A stretch of DNA of 63,132 bases, counting the filler, from Actinomycetota bacterium (GTDB taxonomy: Bacteria; Actinomycetota; CADDZG01; JAHWKV01; JAOPZY01), in NCBI GenBank assembly GCA_025963875.1. It is 8 parts of 8 records of this genome, joined end to end, with 100 filler letters (N's around TTAATTAATTAA, not from the genome) between each part and the next. Parts side by side here need not be neighbours in the genome. Positions count along the whole stretch, not along the records: positions 16,969 to 25,929 come from JAOPZY010000056.1; positions 26,030 to 33,095 come from JAOPZY010000176.1; 6 more parts are not named here. One strand, given 5' to 3'. A model generated the notes under the pieces. That model had not been told where the DNA came from. It did not search any database and saw only the letters and a program-made list of their open reading frames with translations. Positions 18,825 through 28,615 of this stretch are shown here, in pieces. Within the stretch, counting starts at the first letter, position 1; the number at the start of each line of letters is the position of its first letter. Both the position numbers and the translations under genes were made by a program.

Positions 18825-19760
18825 ATGCGCGTCCACCGGTACCGGTCTGCGGCCACGAGCAACCGTCCCCGGCTCGCCGTGGCTGCCGGCGACGGGCCGG
18901 TGGTCGACCTCGGACAGGCGTGGCGGGCGCTCCACAACGCTCCGGCCGGCGAGGCGGTGCTCACCTCGACCATCCTCCTGATCGAGGAGGGACCGGCGGC
19001 GTGGGCCATGGCCGAGGCGTCGGCCCGAGCGGCCCCGCCCGACGCCCGGGTCGACGTCGAGGCCGAAGGCTTCCGCTGGCTGTGCCCCCTGGACCGGCTC
19101 GCCTCCCTGCGAGATTTCCTCGCCTTCGAGGACCACGTGCGCCGGGCGGCGGACCGGCGGGGGGCGCCGGTGCCCGCCTACTGGTACGAGGCCCCCGTGT
19201 ATTACAAGGGCAATCACCGGCAGGTGATCGGACCCGGCGAGGTCTGCCCGTGGCCGGTCTACTCGCGACGGCTCGACTTCGAGCTGGAGCTGGCGATGGT
19301 CGTCGGGCGGTCCGGCCGGGATGTCCCGCCCGAGCGGGCCGGGGACCACATCTTCGGCTTCACGGCATTCAACGACTTCTCGGCGCGCGATATCCAGGCG
19401 AAGGAGATGTCGGCCTGGCTCGGGCCCGCCAAGGGCAAGGACTTCTGCAACGCCCTCGGCCCCTGCATCGTCACCGCGGACGAGGTCGGGACCGAGCCCG
19501 ACCTCGAGATGGTGTGCCGGGTCAATGGCGAGGAGTGGGGGAGGGCCCGGTCCTCCCAGGCGCGCTGGCGCTGGAGCGACATGATCGCCCACGTCTCGGC
19601 CGCCGAGGACATCTGCCCGGGCGACGTCTACGGTTCGGGCACGCCGGGGGGCTGTTGCGGGATCGACCTCGATCGGGAGCTGTCCCCCGGCGACGTCGTC
19701 GAGCTCGAGATCGAGGGCATCGGCGTGCTGCGGAACCCGGTCGGTGCCCCGATTGGTTGA
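18825..19760 (+). CDS. Fumarylacetoacetate hydrolase family protein
   Basis: LDFELELA, NDFSARDIQ, KGKDF, GSGTPGG; third gene of a tyrosine catabolic operon. Confidence 0.93.
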   Translation: MRVHRYRSAATSNRPRLAVAAGDGPVVDLGQAWRALHNAPAGEAVLTSTILLIEEGPAAWAMAEASARAAPPDARVDVEAEGFRWLCPLDRLASLRDFLAFEDHVRRAADRRGAPVPAYWYEAPVYYKGNHRQVIGPGEVCPWPVYSRRLDFELELAMVVGRSGRDVPPERAGDHIFGFTAFNDFSARDIQAKEMSAWLGPAKGKDFCNALGPCIVTADEVGTEPDLEMVCRVNGEEWGRARSSQARWRWSDMIAHVSAAEDICPGDVYGSGTPGGCCGIDLDRELSPGDVVELEIEGIGVLRNPVGAPIG

Positions 19761-19768
19761 GGGGTCCT

Positions 19769-20881
19769 TCAGGAAGCTACGGCCCCCCGGCGCACCGGCT
19801 GACCGAGCGGTTTGGCTGTCGCAGGCTTGCTCGGCGGGGCCGCTACCGGCACTTCGCCGAGGAGACCCGTCACTCGCTTGTCGATGAAGCGGGTCACGCT
19901 CTGCTGCGCTGCTCCGAAGAGGGTTGCCCAGACCAGGAGCCCCCCAAGGTCTTTGGCGGCCTGGAGGCTGCTGATGAGCTGGTTCTGCAGGATCAACACG
20001 CCCACGATGGCGAAGAGTGGTCCCATTGCGAGCTTCAGGAGCAGTTGAAAGAAGGGAAGACTGAAGGGGTTCCTCACTCCGTTGGCTTTGGCGAGAGGTG
20101 GGATGGCTGTGATGAGTGCGCCCACGGACCCGAACAGCATGATCAACACGACCAGTCTCGAGCTTCGGGCGTGCGGCGGAGCATCCGCCAGGTGGAAGTT
20201 CAACTGGCTCATCCTCCCCGCGATGATGGGAAGGGCGATCCCCGCCGAGGCAAGCGAGGTCAGGCGGATCAAGCGATTGCGGTACCCACGGCTCTGCGCA
20301 TACTTGTCGTCGAGGGTGTCGAAGGTCGCCCGGGTAAGGTGAGCAAGCCGTGGACGCAGTTTGCTCTCGGATGGCGCAGCCTCACACAAAAGCGATTGGA
20401 TGCACCGGACCCGGGGGTCCTCTCCGCCGAGCGCACGGCGCGCTTTTTCCAGGATGCCGTCGGCGCGAGCGAGCAACTCCTCCGCCGGCAACACCTCGAT
20501 GATCTGGGCATCGGCCTCGTGCAGGGCGAGCCACGCCTGCTCCTGGTAACAACCCTCCAACCAGGACCACGCAGAGACACGTTGAAGGGCCGACGCCTTG
20601 GCCTTGAGGATGAGCTCTGCGGGCTCCTCTCCCCAGCGATCCTGGCCTTGTCCCGGTGGCGTCGCTGCCCACGCGGAGAGGAGTTCGTGCCGGGCTCGCC
20701 GTGCCCGTGACAGGATGACCTGCCGCCATGCAGCCCTTCTTCGGGTGGCTTCGTTGGCCTCGTCGCCGTAACCGAGCACGTGGTCGTCCCGAAGCTGCCT
20801 CAGGGCGGGGCCCGCCCTATCGACCTGCCCGTTGCTGGCAACCGGTGGCGGAGATCCGTTCATGCCTATGAGAAGCGCCAC
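19769..20881 (-). CDS. Hypothetical membrane protein (helical N-domain plus about 4 C-terminal TM segments); start uncertain
   Basis: 370-aa ORF with a hydrophobic C-terminal third. Confidence 0.75.
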   Translation of the reverse strand: MALLIGMNGSPPPVASNGQVDRAGPALRQLRDDHVLGYGDEANEATRRRAAWRQVILSRARRARHELLSAWAATPPGQGQDRWGEEPAELILKAKASALQRVSAWSWLEGCYQEQAWLALHEADAQIIEVLPAEELLARADGILEKARRALGGEDPRVRCIQSLLCEAAPSESKLRPRLAHLTRATFDTLDDKYAQSRGYRNRLIRLTSLASAGIALPIIAGRMSQLNFHLADAPPHARSSRLVVLIMLFGSVGALITAIPPLAKANGVRNPFSLPFFQLLLKLAMGPLFAIVGVLILQNQLISSLQAAKDLGGLLVWATLFGAAQQSVTRFIDKRVTGLLGEVPVAAPPSKPATAKPLGQPVRRGAVAS

Positions 20882-20910
20882 CCGTCGAGAAAATACAGGG
20901 CCGGCAGAGG

Positions 20911-20950
20911 TGAGGTAAAAATGGCGGGTCTACGCGTGATTTTTACCTCA
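20911..20950. repeat. 40-bp palindrome (REP-like)
   Basis: TGAGGTAAAAAT / ATTTTTACCTCA perfect 12-bp inverted repeat with 16-nt centre. Confidence 0.88.
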
Positions 20951-21457
20951 GTTCGGCGAGCGATCCTTCCTTGCGGGGTCCCTGGTACCACTCCCGTGGA
21001 CTCTTCGGCCGAAGGCACGACTTCGCTTCGCCACGCTCCCAAGCGCGGCCGGTGTGATCAAAGCCTCAGCCGAGGCCACCGTCCGTCGTGAAGTCTTTGG
21101 CGCTCTCGTCTCGGTGCTCAGCTCAGTCAGCCGCTCGTACGCCCGCCGTTCACGTTCGGCCAGCGTGTGGACCTGGTCGGGCTGCGCAGACAGTAAGGAT
21201 GCCGACTGGATGACCTGCCAGCCAAAATCCGTGATCGCGAGCGTCTGAGATCCCGATCTACCCGCCATCTGGACAATGTTGTACGCCTCAAGAGCCGCAC
21301 GGGTTCCGAATGGCTGGGCCTGGAGCACCACGGAAGCCACATCCTCTGGTGCGTTGTGCAGTTTTGCGAGCAGCTCGATGTCGTCGGGGTCAAGATGACT
21401 GAGCGTTGCCTCCAGCCGGTCGCCGGCTCGCCTCTCGGCATTCTTCTTCGTGGTCAT
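20948..21457 (-). CDS. Hypothetical protein, possible winged helix
   Basis: AGGAAGG RBS; LAITDFGWQVI resembles a wHTH wing; follows the sigma-like gene. Confidence 0.65.
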   Translation of the reverse strand: MTTKKNAERRAGDRLEATLSHLDPDDIELLAKLHNAPEDVASVVLQAQPFGTRAALEAYNIVQMAGRSGSQTLAITDFGWQVIQSASLLSAQPDQVHTLAERERRAYERLTELSTETRAPKTSRRTVASAEALITPAALGSVAKRSRAFGRRVHGSGTRDPARKDRSPN

Positions 21458-21498
21458 GGCGCCTTCCTGAAGATAGGGATTGCCGCTGTCACCCTTTC

Positions 21499-22098
21499 CT
21501 ACGTTGCCTCATCCTCCGGTGGAAAGTATCCCCGGAAGGCGGCAAGGGCCGTCTGGACGGTGGTGTGAGAGAGGCCAACCTGCGCTCCGACCTCCCGTGA
21601 GCTCGGAGCCCGTCCCAACAACGATGCCAGGTTCAACCACGCTCGCACGATGCGGACGATGTCGTGCCGGCCGTCAGCCACCGACTGCCGCAGGGCGGCT
21701 CGGACACGTTCGGAATCCGCACGTCGGTCCAGCAGCCGGGCGACTTCGTCGTCATCTGCTGTCGGGCGGCTGGGAGCCATCTCCGACCATTCCGTCGGTA
21801 GCTCCCTTCCGCGAAAATCCTTCCTGGCAAGGTCCCTCCCCACATTGCGGGCTATCTCGATCAGGAACTGAGGGGCGGTCTCCCTTGTCACCCCTCCACG
21901 CTGGACGGCCGCAGTGAAGCGAACGACGGCGCTCTGAGCGGCATCCTCCGCGTGCAGGTGCGGGGTTCCACCGAACTGGCGACGAAGAAGCGCCTGCAGG
22001 TGAGAGGTCACGGCGCTCAAATCCGCCCCCGAGGCGTTGGCTACGCCGGCGATCTCATCGTAGAGCCTCCCAACGGCCGAATCGAAGACATCTGTCAC
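21499..22098 (-). CDS. Atypical ECF-like sigma factor / HTH protein
   Basis: AEDAAQSAVVRF and FLIEIARNVGRDLARK (region-2-like); PSSREVGAQVGLSHTTVQTAL HTH. Confidence 0.75.
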   Translation of the reverse strand: MTDVFDSAVGRLYDEIAGVANASGADLSAVTSHLQALLRRQFGGTPHLHAEDAAQSAVVRFTAAVQRGGVTRETAPQFLIEIARNVGRDLARKDFRGRELPTEWSEMAPSRPTADDDEVARLLDRRADSERVRAALRQSVADGRHDIVRIVRAWLNLASLLGRAPSSREVGAQVGLSHTTVQTALAAFRGYFPPEDEAT

Positions 22099-22151
22099 CG
22101 CCCTAGAATCATGCGAATACCTCTCACAGCGCAACTCTCACCTAGGTCTAT

Positions 22152-22796
22152 ATGACATCACTCGTGAGCACTGGTCGACACATAGCTCTCCACTCCCTCG
22201 CTCTGGGAGGGTTGGTTGTCTCAGCCGTTGTCGCGATGGCTATCGGTGCCACGGCCTTTTCCTATGCCAGGCTCCGGTACTGGCGCCGTTGGTGGGGCCC
22301 CTGGTGGCTCGGCCTCACCTGCCACCTCCTCGTGAACGCGGGAGCGGGCGGTGTGGGATGGGGCGTGGCCCGCTACCTGGCGTGGGACCCGTTCCACTCC
22401 TTCTGGCTGAACGCTTTCGCATACGGAGCTGCCGGCGAAGCGTTGCTGCGGGTGGACATCGTCGACTTCGGGTTCGGGGCGGTGAAGCCTGTGTCCTCGC
22501 TGCTCTCCAGGGCGACGCTGTGGTTCGTCGCCATGTTGGACGCCGGGGCGAAGACGGGGATTGGATCCCACCTCGATGCGCTCAGCGACGATGCTCTACG
22601 GGCGGCAGCATATCGAGTGTACTTTTCAGAGGTGCAGCCCTCGGCCGAGGTGCCTCCCGAAGTCAAGGCCGCCCTGCTCGAAGCCATCGAGGAGGCCGAC
22701 CGAGCCATTTCGAATGACACCGCCGTCGGCCGGGAACGTCTGCGAGGGGTGTGCCTGAAGTGGATCAGTGACCACGCCCTGGTCGACGTCCCATAG
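22152..22796 (+). CDS. Hypothetical membrane protein (about 3 N-terminal TM segments plus soluble helical domain)
   Basis: 214-aa ORF divergent from the sigma-like gene. Confidence 0.7.
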   Translation: MTSLVSTGRHIALHSLALGGLVVSAVVAMAIGATAFSYARLRYWRRWWGPWWLGLTCHLLVNAGAGGVGWGVARYLAWDPFHSFWLNAFAYGAAGEALLRVDIVDFGFGAVKPVSSLLSRATLWFVAMLDAGAKTGIGSHLDALSDDALRAAAYRVYFSEVQPSAEVPPEVKAALLEAIEEADRAISNDTAVGRERLRGVCLKWISDHALVDVP

Positions 22797-23271
22797 GTGC
22801 CTGCTGCGGGAGTCCGTCCTTCTTTGCGACGGACGTAGCGCAAATCGCAACTTGGTTCGCAAATAACGGGGTCGCTTATCGTTCGAGAATCTTTGGGATC
22901 GTTGCCCCAAAACACCACGGTGCAAGTACGCCCAGCGCCGCCGAGGATTTCGAGTTCCCCGTACCGGCCGAAGGTTGCCTGCACAGCGGGCAGCTGGTCG
23001 ATCCGCACCCGCATCACCGAAACCTCGACCTTGCTCGACTCCTTCTCGAGCATCACAACGAGCGCGGCGATAGAGAGGACTGTGGCCGGTTGATGCCTCC
23101 GATGCAGGACGGCATTCATAGGCCTTCGCAGGCGGCGCTGAGGCAGGCAAGCGGCCGATCCCGAACTGGCGTTGGGCCCGCTGTCCATTTTCTGTGACCT
23201 TTCAGAGTTGTCTAGAGGAGAGGCCCGACAAGATCGATCTGATACATGCGAGCCCGCCACGGCGACGCTCA

Positions 23272-24042
23272 TCAGGCGGGCTTGCGCAGGACGAAGCGTT
23301 GGTACTGGGTCCTGCCGGCGAGAAAGCCCTCGTGGGTCTGCGAGCCCTCGATCGCTGCGAACCGAGCGAACCGCGACTGCAGCCATCTCGGGACGATCTG
23401 CCGAATCAGCCGCAGCTTCCGGTCGCTGTCGCGCTCCAGTGCCGCCACAACGTTGGCCGTGATCACCTCTTCGTCGACGACGTCCAGGGGGCACCGCGCC
23501 AGCTCATCCCGTAAGCGGCGGACCTTCTCGCCGCTGCGGAAGTCGGCGAACAGGAAGTGGCCGCCCGGCCGCAACACCCGGTGCACCTCCACGAGGAAAG
23601 CATCCATCGACGGGTAGCAGTGCGACGACTCGACGTTCACGACCGCGTCGAAGGAGCCCTCGGGAAACGGCAGCGCCAGCGCGTCGCCCTGGACGAAGCG
23701 GAGCCCGGGGATGGCCCGGTAGCGGTTGCACAGCCGGACCGCTCGCCGGGAAAGGTCGGCGCCGACGACCGTGGCCGGTCCCAGGTACCGCTTCATGTAG
23801 GACGCCCCCCCACCCCGGCCGCTGCCGACCTCGAGGACATCGCTGCCACGCAGGTCGACCGCGCCGGCCACCCGCTCGTAGAGCTGGATGCAGAACCGGT
23901 CCGCCTCATCCGAGGCTGTCAGCTCGAGCGAGTCCGTGTCGGGGGCAACCGCGGTGTAGCCGTAGTTCATGAACGCCCACTCCGGTAGAGGGAGCCTGGC
24001 GGCCAGGTACTCGTACGTGACGCGCCACAGCGCCTGGTTCAC
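23272..24042 (-). CDS. Class I SAM-dependent methyltransferase (resembles actinobacterial lipid O-methyltransferases)
   Basis: FMNYGY, LEVGSGRGGG, NVESSHCY, RVLRPGG. Confidence 0.9.
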   Translation of the reverse strand: MNQALWRVTYEYLAARLPLPEWAFMNYGYTAVAPDTDSLELTASDEADRFCIQLYERVAGAVDLRGSDVLEVGSGRGGGASYMKRYLGPATVVGADLSRRAVRLCNRYRAIPGLRFVQGDALALPFPEGSFDAVVNVESSHCYPSMDAFLVEVHRVLRPGGHFLFADFRSGEKVRRLRDELARCPLDVVDEEVITANVVAALERDSDRKLRLIRQIVPRWLQSRFARFAAIEGSQTHEGFLAGRTQYQRFVLRKPA

Positions 24043-24074
24043 TCGAGGTCCGGCGATCGAAAATTCCCCTTTCA

Positions 24075-25514
24075 GTGATCGCCGTGGAGTATCCTCCGTC
24101 CCGATCGAACGGGGAAGTCTTGCGCAAGTCGCCCTCCGAGTCTCCTGACCAAGCGTCTCTGGGTGGTGGTCGACTGCCCGGACCATCGTCGGCATTCCCC
24201 CTCTTGCTGCGCGCGCTGCGGGGCGACCTCCTCGGCGTCTACGAGCGACTCGCGAGCTACGGCGATCTGGCGTACACGAGGTTTCTCGGCCATCAGGTCT
24301 ACATGGTCAGCGATCCCGACCACATCTTCGACGTCCTCGTCACCGACAACCGCAAGTTCATGAAGGGGCAGGCGACGCAGGAGGCAAAGCGCCTACTCGG
24401 CGAAGGGCTGTTCACGAGCGACGGGGACCTCCACCGCCGCCAGCGGAAGCTGCTGCAGCCCATCTTCCACCCGGTCCATCTGCACAGGCAGGGTGAGATC
24501 GCCGTCGAGTGTGCCGGGCGAATCGGGAGGAAGTGGGCCGACGGCGAGACCATCGATGTCGGCGACACGATGAGGCGCGTGACGCTCGAGATCCTCGGCA
24601 AGGCGATCCTCGACTACGACCTCGTTCCCCATCTGCGGACGTTCGCCGACGCGAGCGAGGCAGCGGTGGCAATGGTCGAGAAGGTGCTACGGCCGTGGGG
24701 CCCCGCGGTTGAGAAGCTGCCGCTGCCGACCGCACGCCGTTTCAGGCGGCACCGGGCGCAGCTCTTCACCCTCGTCGACGACATCATCGCCAGGCGACGG
24801 ACCGCGCTCGGCGACCAGGACCACGACCTCATCTCGCTGATGCTGCGCAAGCAGGCGGAGGTGGGCTCCGACGTCCTCACCGACGACCAGATCCGCGACG
24901 AGGTCGTGACGATCGTCTTCGCGGGGCACGAGACCGTGACGACGCAGATGACCTGGACCTACTACCTCCTGGCGCAGCACCCCCAGGTGATCGCCGAGCT
25001 GCACGCCGAGCTCGACGACGTCATTGGGGACGCGACGCCGAGCGCCGAGCACCTGCCGTTGCTGCGGTACACGGAACAGATCCTGCTCGAGTCGATGCGG
25101 ATGTACCCGCCCGCCTACGCGCTGCAGCGGCGGGCGCTGGTCGACTACGAGATCGGGGACTGCCCCGTTCCCGAGGGCTCGATTCTCGTGTGCAGCCCGT
25201 GGATCCTGCATCGCAGCTCCCGCTGGTTCCCCGAGCCGGAGCGGTTTGACCCGTCCCGGTGGACGCCCGCGTTCCGCGAGTCGCTTCCGCCGATGTCCTA
25301 CTTCCCGTTCGGGCGCGGCCCCCGTGCCTGCCCCGGCGAGGCCTTCGCCATGGTGGAGGCCCGCCTCCTGCTGGCGACCCTCTTCCGGGACTGGACCGTG
25401 CGACCGGTGCCCGGCCCGCCGGTGGGGACGAGCTCGAGCCTTTCGCTGCGACCGGATGCGCCGGTGCGCGTGGTCGTAGAGCGCCGGCGGCCTGCTCGGC
25501 CTCGTTGCAGGTAG
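24075..25514 (+). CDS. Cytochrome P450; start uncertain
   Basis: AGHET I-helix, ESMR (ExxR), PERF and heme motif FGRGPRACPG. Confidence 0.96.
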   Translation: MIAVEYPPSRSNGEVLRKSPSESPDQASLGGGRLPGPSSAFPLLLRALRGDLLGVYERLASYGDLAYTRFLGHQVYMVSDPDHIFDVLVTDNRKFMKGQATQEAKRLLGEGLFTSDGDLHRRQRKLLQPIFHPVHLHRQGEIAVECAGRIGRKWADGETIDVGDTMRRVTLEILGKAILDYDLVPHLRTFADASEAAVAMVEKVLRPWGPAVEKLPLPTARRFRRHRAQLFTLVDDIIARRRTALGDQDHDLISLMLRKQAEVGSDVLTDDQIRDEVVTIVFAGHETVTTQMTWTYYLLAQHPQVIAELHAELDDVIGDATPSAEHLPLLRYTEQILLESMRMYPPAYALQRRALVDYEIGDCPVPEGSILVCSPWILHRSSRWFPEPERFDPSRWTPAFRESLPPMSYFPFGRGPRACPGEAFAMVEARLLLATLFRDWTVRPVPGPPVGTSSSLSLRPDAPVRVVVERRRPARPRCR

Positions 25515-25661
25515 CCCCCAGACCCCATTCCAGCTTCCTGGAAATGCAAACGGGCGTTGGCCGCGATGACCTGAACCCGAGCTTGACTCAGGCTGTGATC
25601 GAGCCTTTACGACGCACTCGGCCATTGGAGGTGTGGGGTGCAAGGTACCGGGGAGCGCCAC

Positions 25662-25892
25662 ATGATCGCCTGCCCCGACTGCGGCGCACCCGCAGAGGTC
25701 CTCGAGCAGCAGGCGACGCCCTGCCGGACGTGGGAGGCCATCAACTCCGGCGGCAAGGTCTACGTCACCGAGGCCCGGGAGTTGCTCGTGATCGTCGAGG
25801 TCCTCTGCGCTGCCGGCCACCGGTTCGTGGGGCCGGAGGAGATGTTGGCGGCAACGCAGGAAGCAAGTGGTTGGGAGGAGAAGGTAGCGTGA
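25662..25892 (+). CDS. Small Zn-ribbon-like protein (76 aa)
   Basis: CPDCG...CAAGH; GGGAG RBS. Confidence 0.65.
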   Translation: MIACPDCGAPAEVLEQQATPCRTWEAINSGGKVYVTEARELLVIVEVLCAAGHRFVGPEEMLAATQEASGWEEKVA

Positions 25893-26078
25893 ACGGCGCG
25901 GCCCCGGCGCAGGTCCGCCTCCCAGGGGANNNNNNNNNNNNNNNNNNNNNNNNNNNNNNNNNNNNNNNNNNNNTTAATTAATTAANNNNNNNNNNNNNNN
26001 NNNNNNNNNNNNNNNNNNNNNNNNNNNNNCGGGCCGGCGGCCCACCGGGTGCTGTCACGGCCTCCGAGGTCGAATGCC

Positions 26079-26411
26079 TCAGAAAACCGGCATCAGGAAC
26101 ACTTCGTCGGCGTAGCACCAGCCCCAGTCCTCGCCCGGCTCGAACGAGCGGACAACGGGATGGTCGACCTTCAGCCAGTGGGCACGGGCGTGCCGGCGCG
26201 GCGAGCTGTCGCAGCAACCCACGTGCCCGCAGGTCAGGCACTCCCGGAGGTGGACCCAGCCGGTCCCCTCCCGCAGGCAGTCCTCGCAACCGAGTGTCGT
26301 GCTGGGTACGACGTCGCGGATCATGTCCAGGTGCTGGCACTGCACCGCTGCCGGACCTCCCGAAGCGTCTGCGGCGGTCACCCAGCCGGTCAAGCTCTGT
26401 CGTCTGCTCAT
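26079..26411 (-). CDS. Standalone UBP-type zinc finger protein
   Basis: CEDC...WVHLRECLTCGHVGCCDSSP..HA..H...EPGEDWGWCY. Confidence 0.9.
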   Translation of the reverse strand: MSRRQSLTGWVTAADASGGPAAVQCQHLDMIRDVVPSTTLGCEDCLREGTGWVHLRECLTCGHVGCCDSSPRRHARAHWLKVDHPVVRSFEPGEDWGWCYADEVFLMPVF

Positions 26412-26548
26412 GGACGGCTCCTGTGGATGGCGGTAGCAGAGGCGGTTCCGGCAGGAACACCGTCGCATGCCGGACGCAGCAGCCACATCCCGTGACCACG
26501 TAGTGTCGGAAGGGGACCACCAGGAGGGCGGACCGGGACACCGAGGTC

Positions 26549-27355
26549 ATGGACGAGCAGGCTTCGCAGCACTATCTGGAGCGGATCGGGGCCCAGCGGC
26601 CGACCGCTTCGACGCAGGAGGCGCTCCGTGACCTGCACGCCCGCCACCAGCTCGCCGTCCCCTTCGAGAACCTGAGCATCCATCTGGGCGACCCCATCTC
26701 CCTGGGCGAGGAGTCGCTCTTCGAAAAGATCGTCCTACGCCGGCGCGGAGGCTTCTGCTACGAGCTCAACGGAGCCTTCGCCCGCCTCCTCAGTGCCCTC
26801 GGTTTTCCCGCCTCCTACCTGGCGGCGGGGGTCTTCGGGGAGGGCGGCGCCGTGAGTCCGCTCTTCGACCACATGGTCCTGGGCGTGCAGGCCGGTGGCC
26901 CCTGGCTGGCGGACGTCGGCTTCGGGGACCACAGCCTGCATCCGCTGCGGATGGACGATCCCGGTCCGCAGCTTGACCCCCACGGCACGTTCCAGGTATC
27001 GAAGACACCGGGGGGCGACCTCGACATCCTCCGGGACGGCAAGCCGCAGTACCGCGTCGAGACCCGGCCCCGGCGCCTCGAGGACTTCGGCCCGGCCTGC
27101 TGGTGGCAGCAGACCTCGGCGACCTCGCATTTCACCCGGTCCCTCGTCTGCTCCCTGCCCGTGGACGGGGGCCGTGGGCGCGTGACCCTCAGCGGGCGGC
27201 GCCTGGTCCGGACCGTGGCCGGTGAGCGTGACGAGACGGTGCTCGGCAGCGACGGCGACGTGCTGGCCGCCTACCGCGACCTGTTCGGGATCCACCTCGA
27301 CCGGGTGCCTCAACCCGCCGAGGCGAGCACGAAGCCGAACCGGCAGGCGAAGTAG
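26549..27355 (+). CDS. Arylamine N-acetyltransferase family protein
   Basis: VPFENL, RRGGFCYELN, H..L...DVGFG catalytic triad. Confidence 0.95.
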   Translation: MDEQASQHYLERIGAQRPTASTQEALRDLHARHQLAVPFENLSIHLGDPISLGEESLFEKIVLRRRGGFCYELNGAFARLLSALGFPASYLAAGVFGEGGAVSPLFDHMVLGVQAGGPWLADVGFGDHSLHPLRMDDPGPQLDPHGTFQVSKTPGGDLDILRDGKPQYRVETRPRRLEDFGPACWWQQTSATSHFTRSLVCSLPVDGGRGRVTLSGRRLVRTVAGERDETVLGSDGDVLAAYRDLFGIHLDRVPQPAEASTKPNRQAK

Positions 27356-27427
27356 GGTCGTAGCAGGCCGCGTGCGTCCAGGTCCGCCGGGCCGGAGTGC
27401 AGGTGGGGATCCTGGGTACCCGTCGAC

Positions 27428-27476
27428 ATTCTGTGAGTATGAATCGACGCTGTACGTCGTTCTGTACTCAAAGAAT
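27428..27476. repeat. 49-bp bulged palindrome (REP-like or terminator) between convergent genes
   Basis: ATTCT-G-TGAGTA / TACTCA-A-AGAAT outer stem; CGACG / CGTCG inner stem. Confidence 0.8.
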
Positions 27477-27520
27477 CTGGGGAGCCCCCGATGATCCCCG
27501 GGGAGGTCGTTGGTGCCTGT

Positions 27521-28036
27521 TCAGGCCTTTATATCGGCCAGCAGTCCCTTGCCGAGGAGGTTCGTCAGGTCGTTCGACGAGACCCCCTGCTGCTGACCGA
27601 TGTCCGACAGGGGGGTCCCGGCCTTGAGCTCGCTGACGAGGTCCGAGCTGTTCATCCCGAGCGCGCTGGCCAGTGAGTTGAGCGTGGTGGTGCTCGAGGT
27701 ACCGGCGGCGGCCGGAGTGGGGCCCCCTCCCCCGTGGTGACCGTGGTGACCATGGCGAGCGGCGATGCGCTGAGCCGCGACGTTCAGCGAGCTGGCGACC
27801 GCATTCGGGTCCTGCGCCTTGAGGCTGCTCTGGATCGTCTGCAGGAGCTGGTCCTGGGAGACCCCCCGCTGCTTGGCGACGTCGGACAGGCTGCTTCCGC
27901 TCTCGAGCTTCGACTTCAAGTCACCCACGCTCATGCCGAGGAGCTTGGCGACGTTGGCCATCATGGTAGATCTGTCCACCGGTTGCGAGGCCCCGAGGGC
28001 TGCAACTCCTGACGTGCCTCCTATGGGATTGACCAC
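27521..28036 (-). CDS. Hypothetical protein with two internal repeats
   Basis: Two copies of A..LGM...DL.S.L..G..LSD...Q.GVS...L separated by a His/Gly linker; GAGGAG RBS. Confidence 0.8.
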   Translation of the reverse strand: MVNPIGGTSGVAALGASQPVDRSTMMANVAKLLGMSVGDLKSKLESGSSLSDVAKQRGVSQDQLLQTIQSSLKAQDPNAVASSLNVAAQRIAARHGHHGHHGGGGPTPAAAGTSSTTTLNSLASALGMNSSDLVSELKAGTPLSDIGQQQGVSSNDLTNLLGKGLLADIKA

Positions 28037-28159
28037 TGGGGGGCTCCTCTCTCTCCGGCGTGCCCGGTGTGCTGCCGACTTGTGAAGATCCCTGTCGGCA
28101 GTTCCGTGGGGAGGATAATCACTCGTCACGGACTTTCACTCTGAATACTTCAGCCGGCA

Positions 28160-28597
28160 TCAGATGCTCTGAGCCAGTCGCTCCAGCAGCGGCGCGACCG
28201 CCATCAGCTGTTCGAGCTCCGAGCGCGTGAACCCGGTCGAGAGGGCCTGCGCAAGGTGTTCCGTCCGCGCGTTGCGTCGGTTCCGCAGCGCCTGCAGCCC
28301 GGCTTCCGTTGCCGAGATGACCACCTGCCTGCCGTCCTCCGGGTCGGGGCGTCGCTCGACGAGGCCACGCGCCTCGAGCGCGCCGAGCGTGGCCCCCATC
28401 GACTGCGGGCTGATCTGCTCGAGCTTGGCGAGCGCGGTCGGCGTGGCCGGGCCGCCGCGGTCGAGGCGCGCGAGGGCCGAGCTCTCGGGCAACGTGAGCT
28501 CCCCTTCGGCCTGCACCTGGCGCAGCCGCCGCAGGAGCAGGCCGATACTCACCCGAAGCATCCCGGCAAGCTGTTGGATATCCGGATCCTGGGTCAT
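28160..28597 (-). CDS. MarR family regulator
   Basis: 145 aa; LEARGLVERRPDPEDGRQ wing motif. Confidence 0.93.
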   Translation of the reverse strand: MTQDPDIQQLAGMLRVSIGLLLRRLRQVQAEGELTLPESSALARLDRGGPATPTALAKLEQISPQSMGATLGALEARGLVERRPDPEDGRQVVISATEAGLQALRNRRNARTEHLAQALSTGFTRSELEQLMAVAPLLERLAQSI

Positions 28598-28615
28598 GTC
28601 ACCCGCCCCCCCTTT

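Noticed and set aside
22800..23270. Possible gene remnant in an AT-richer stretch
   Set aside because: No recognisable motif or clean start and stop; the ORFs overlap real genes
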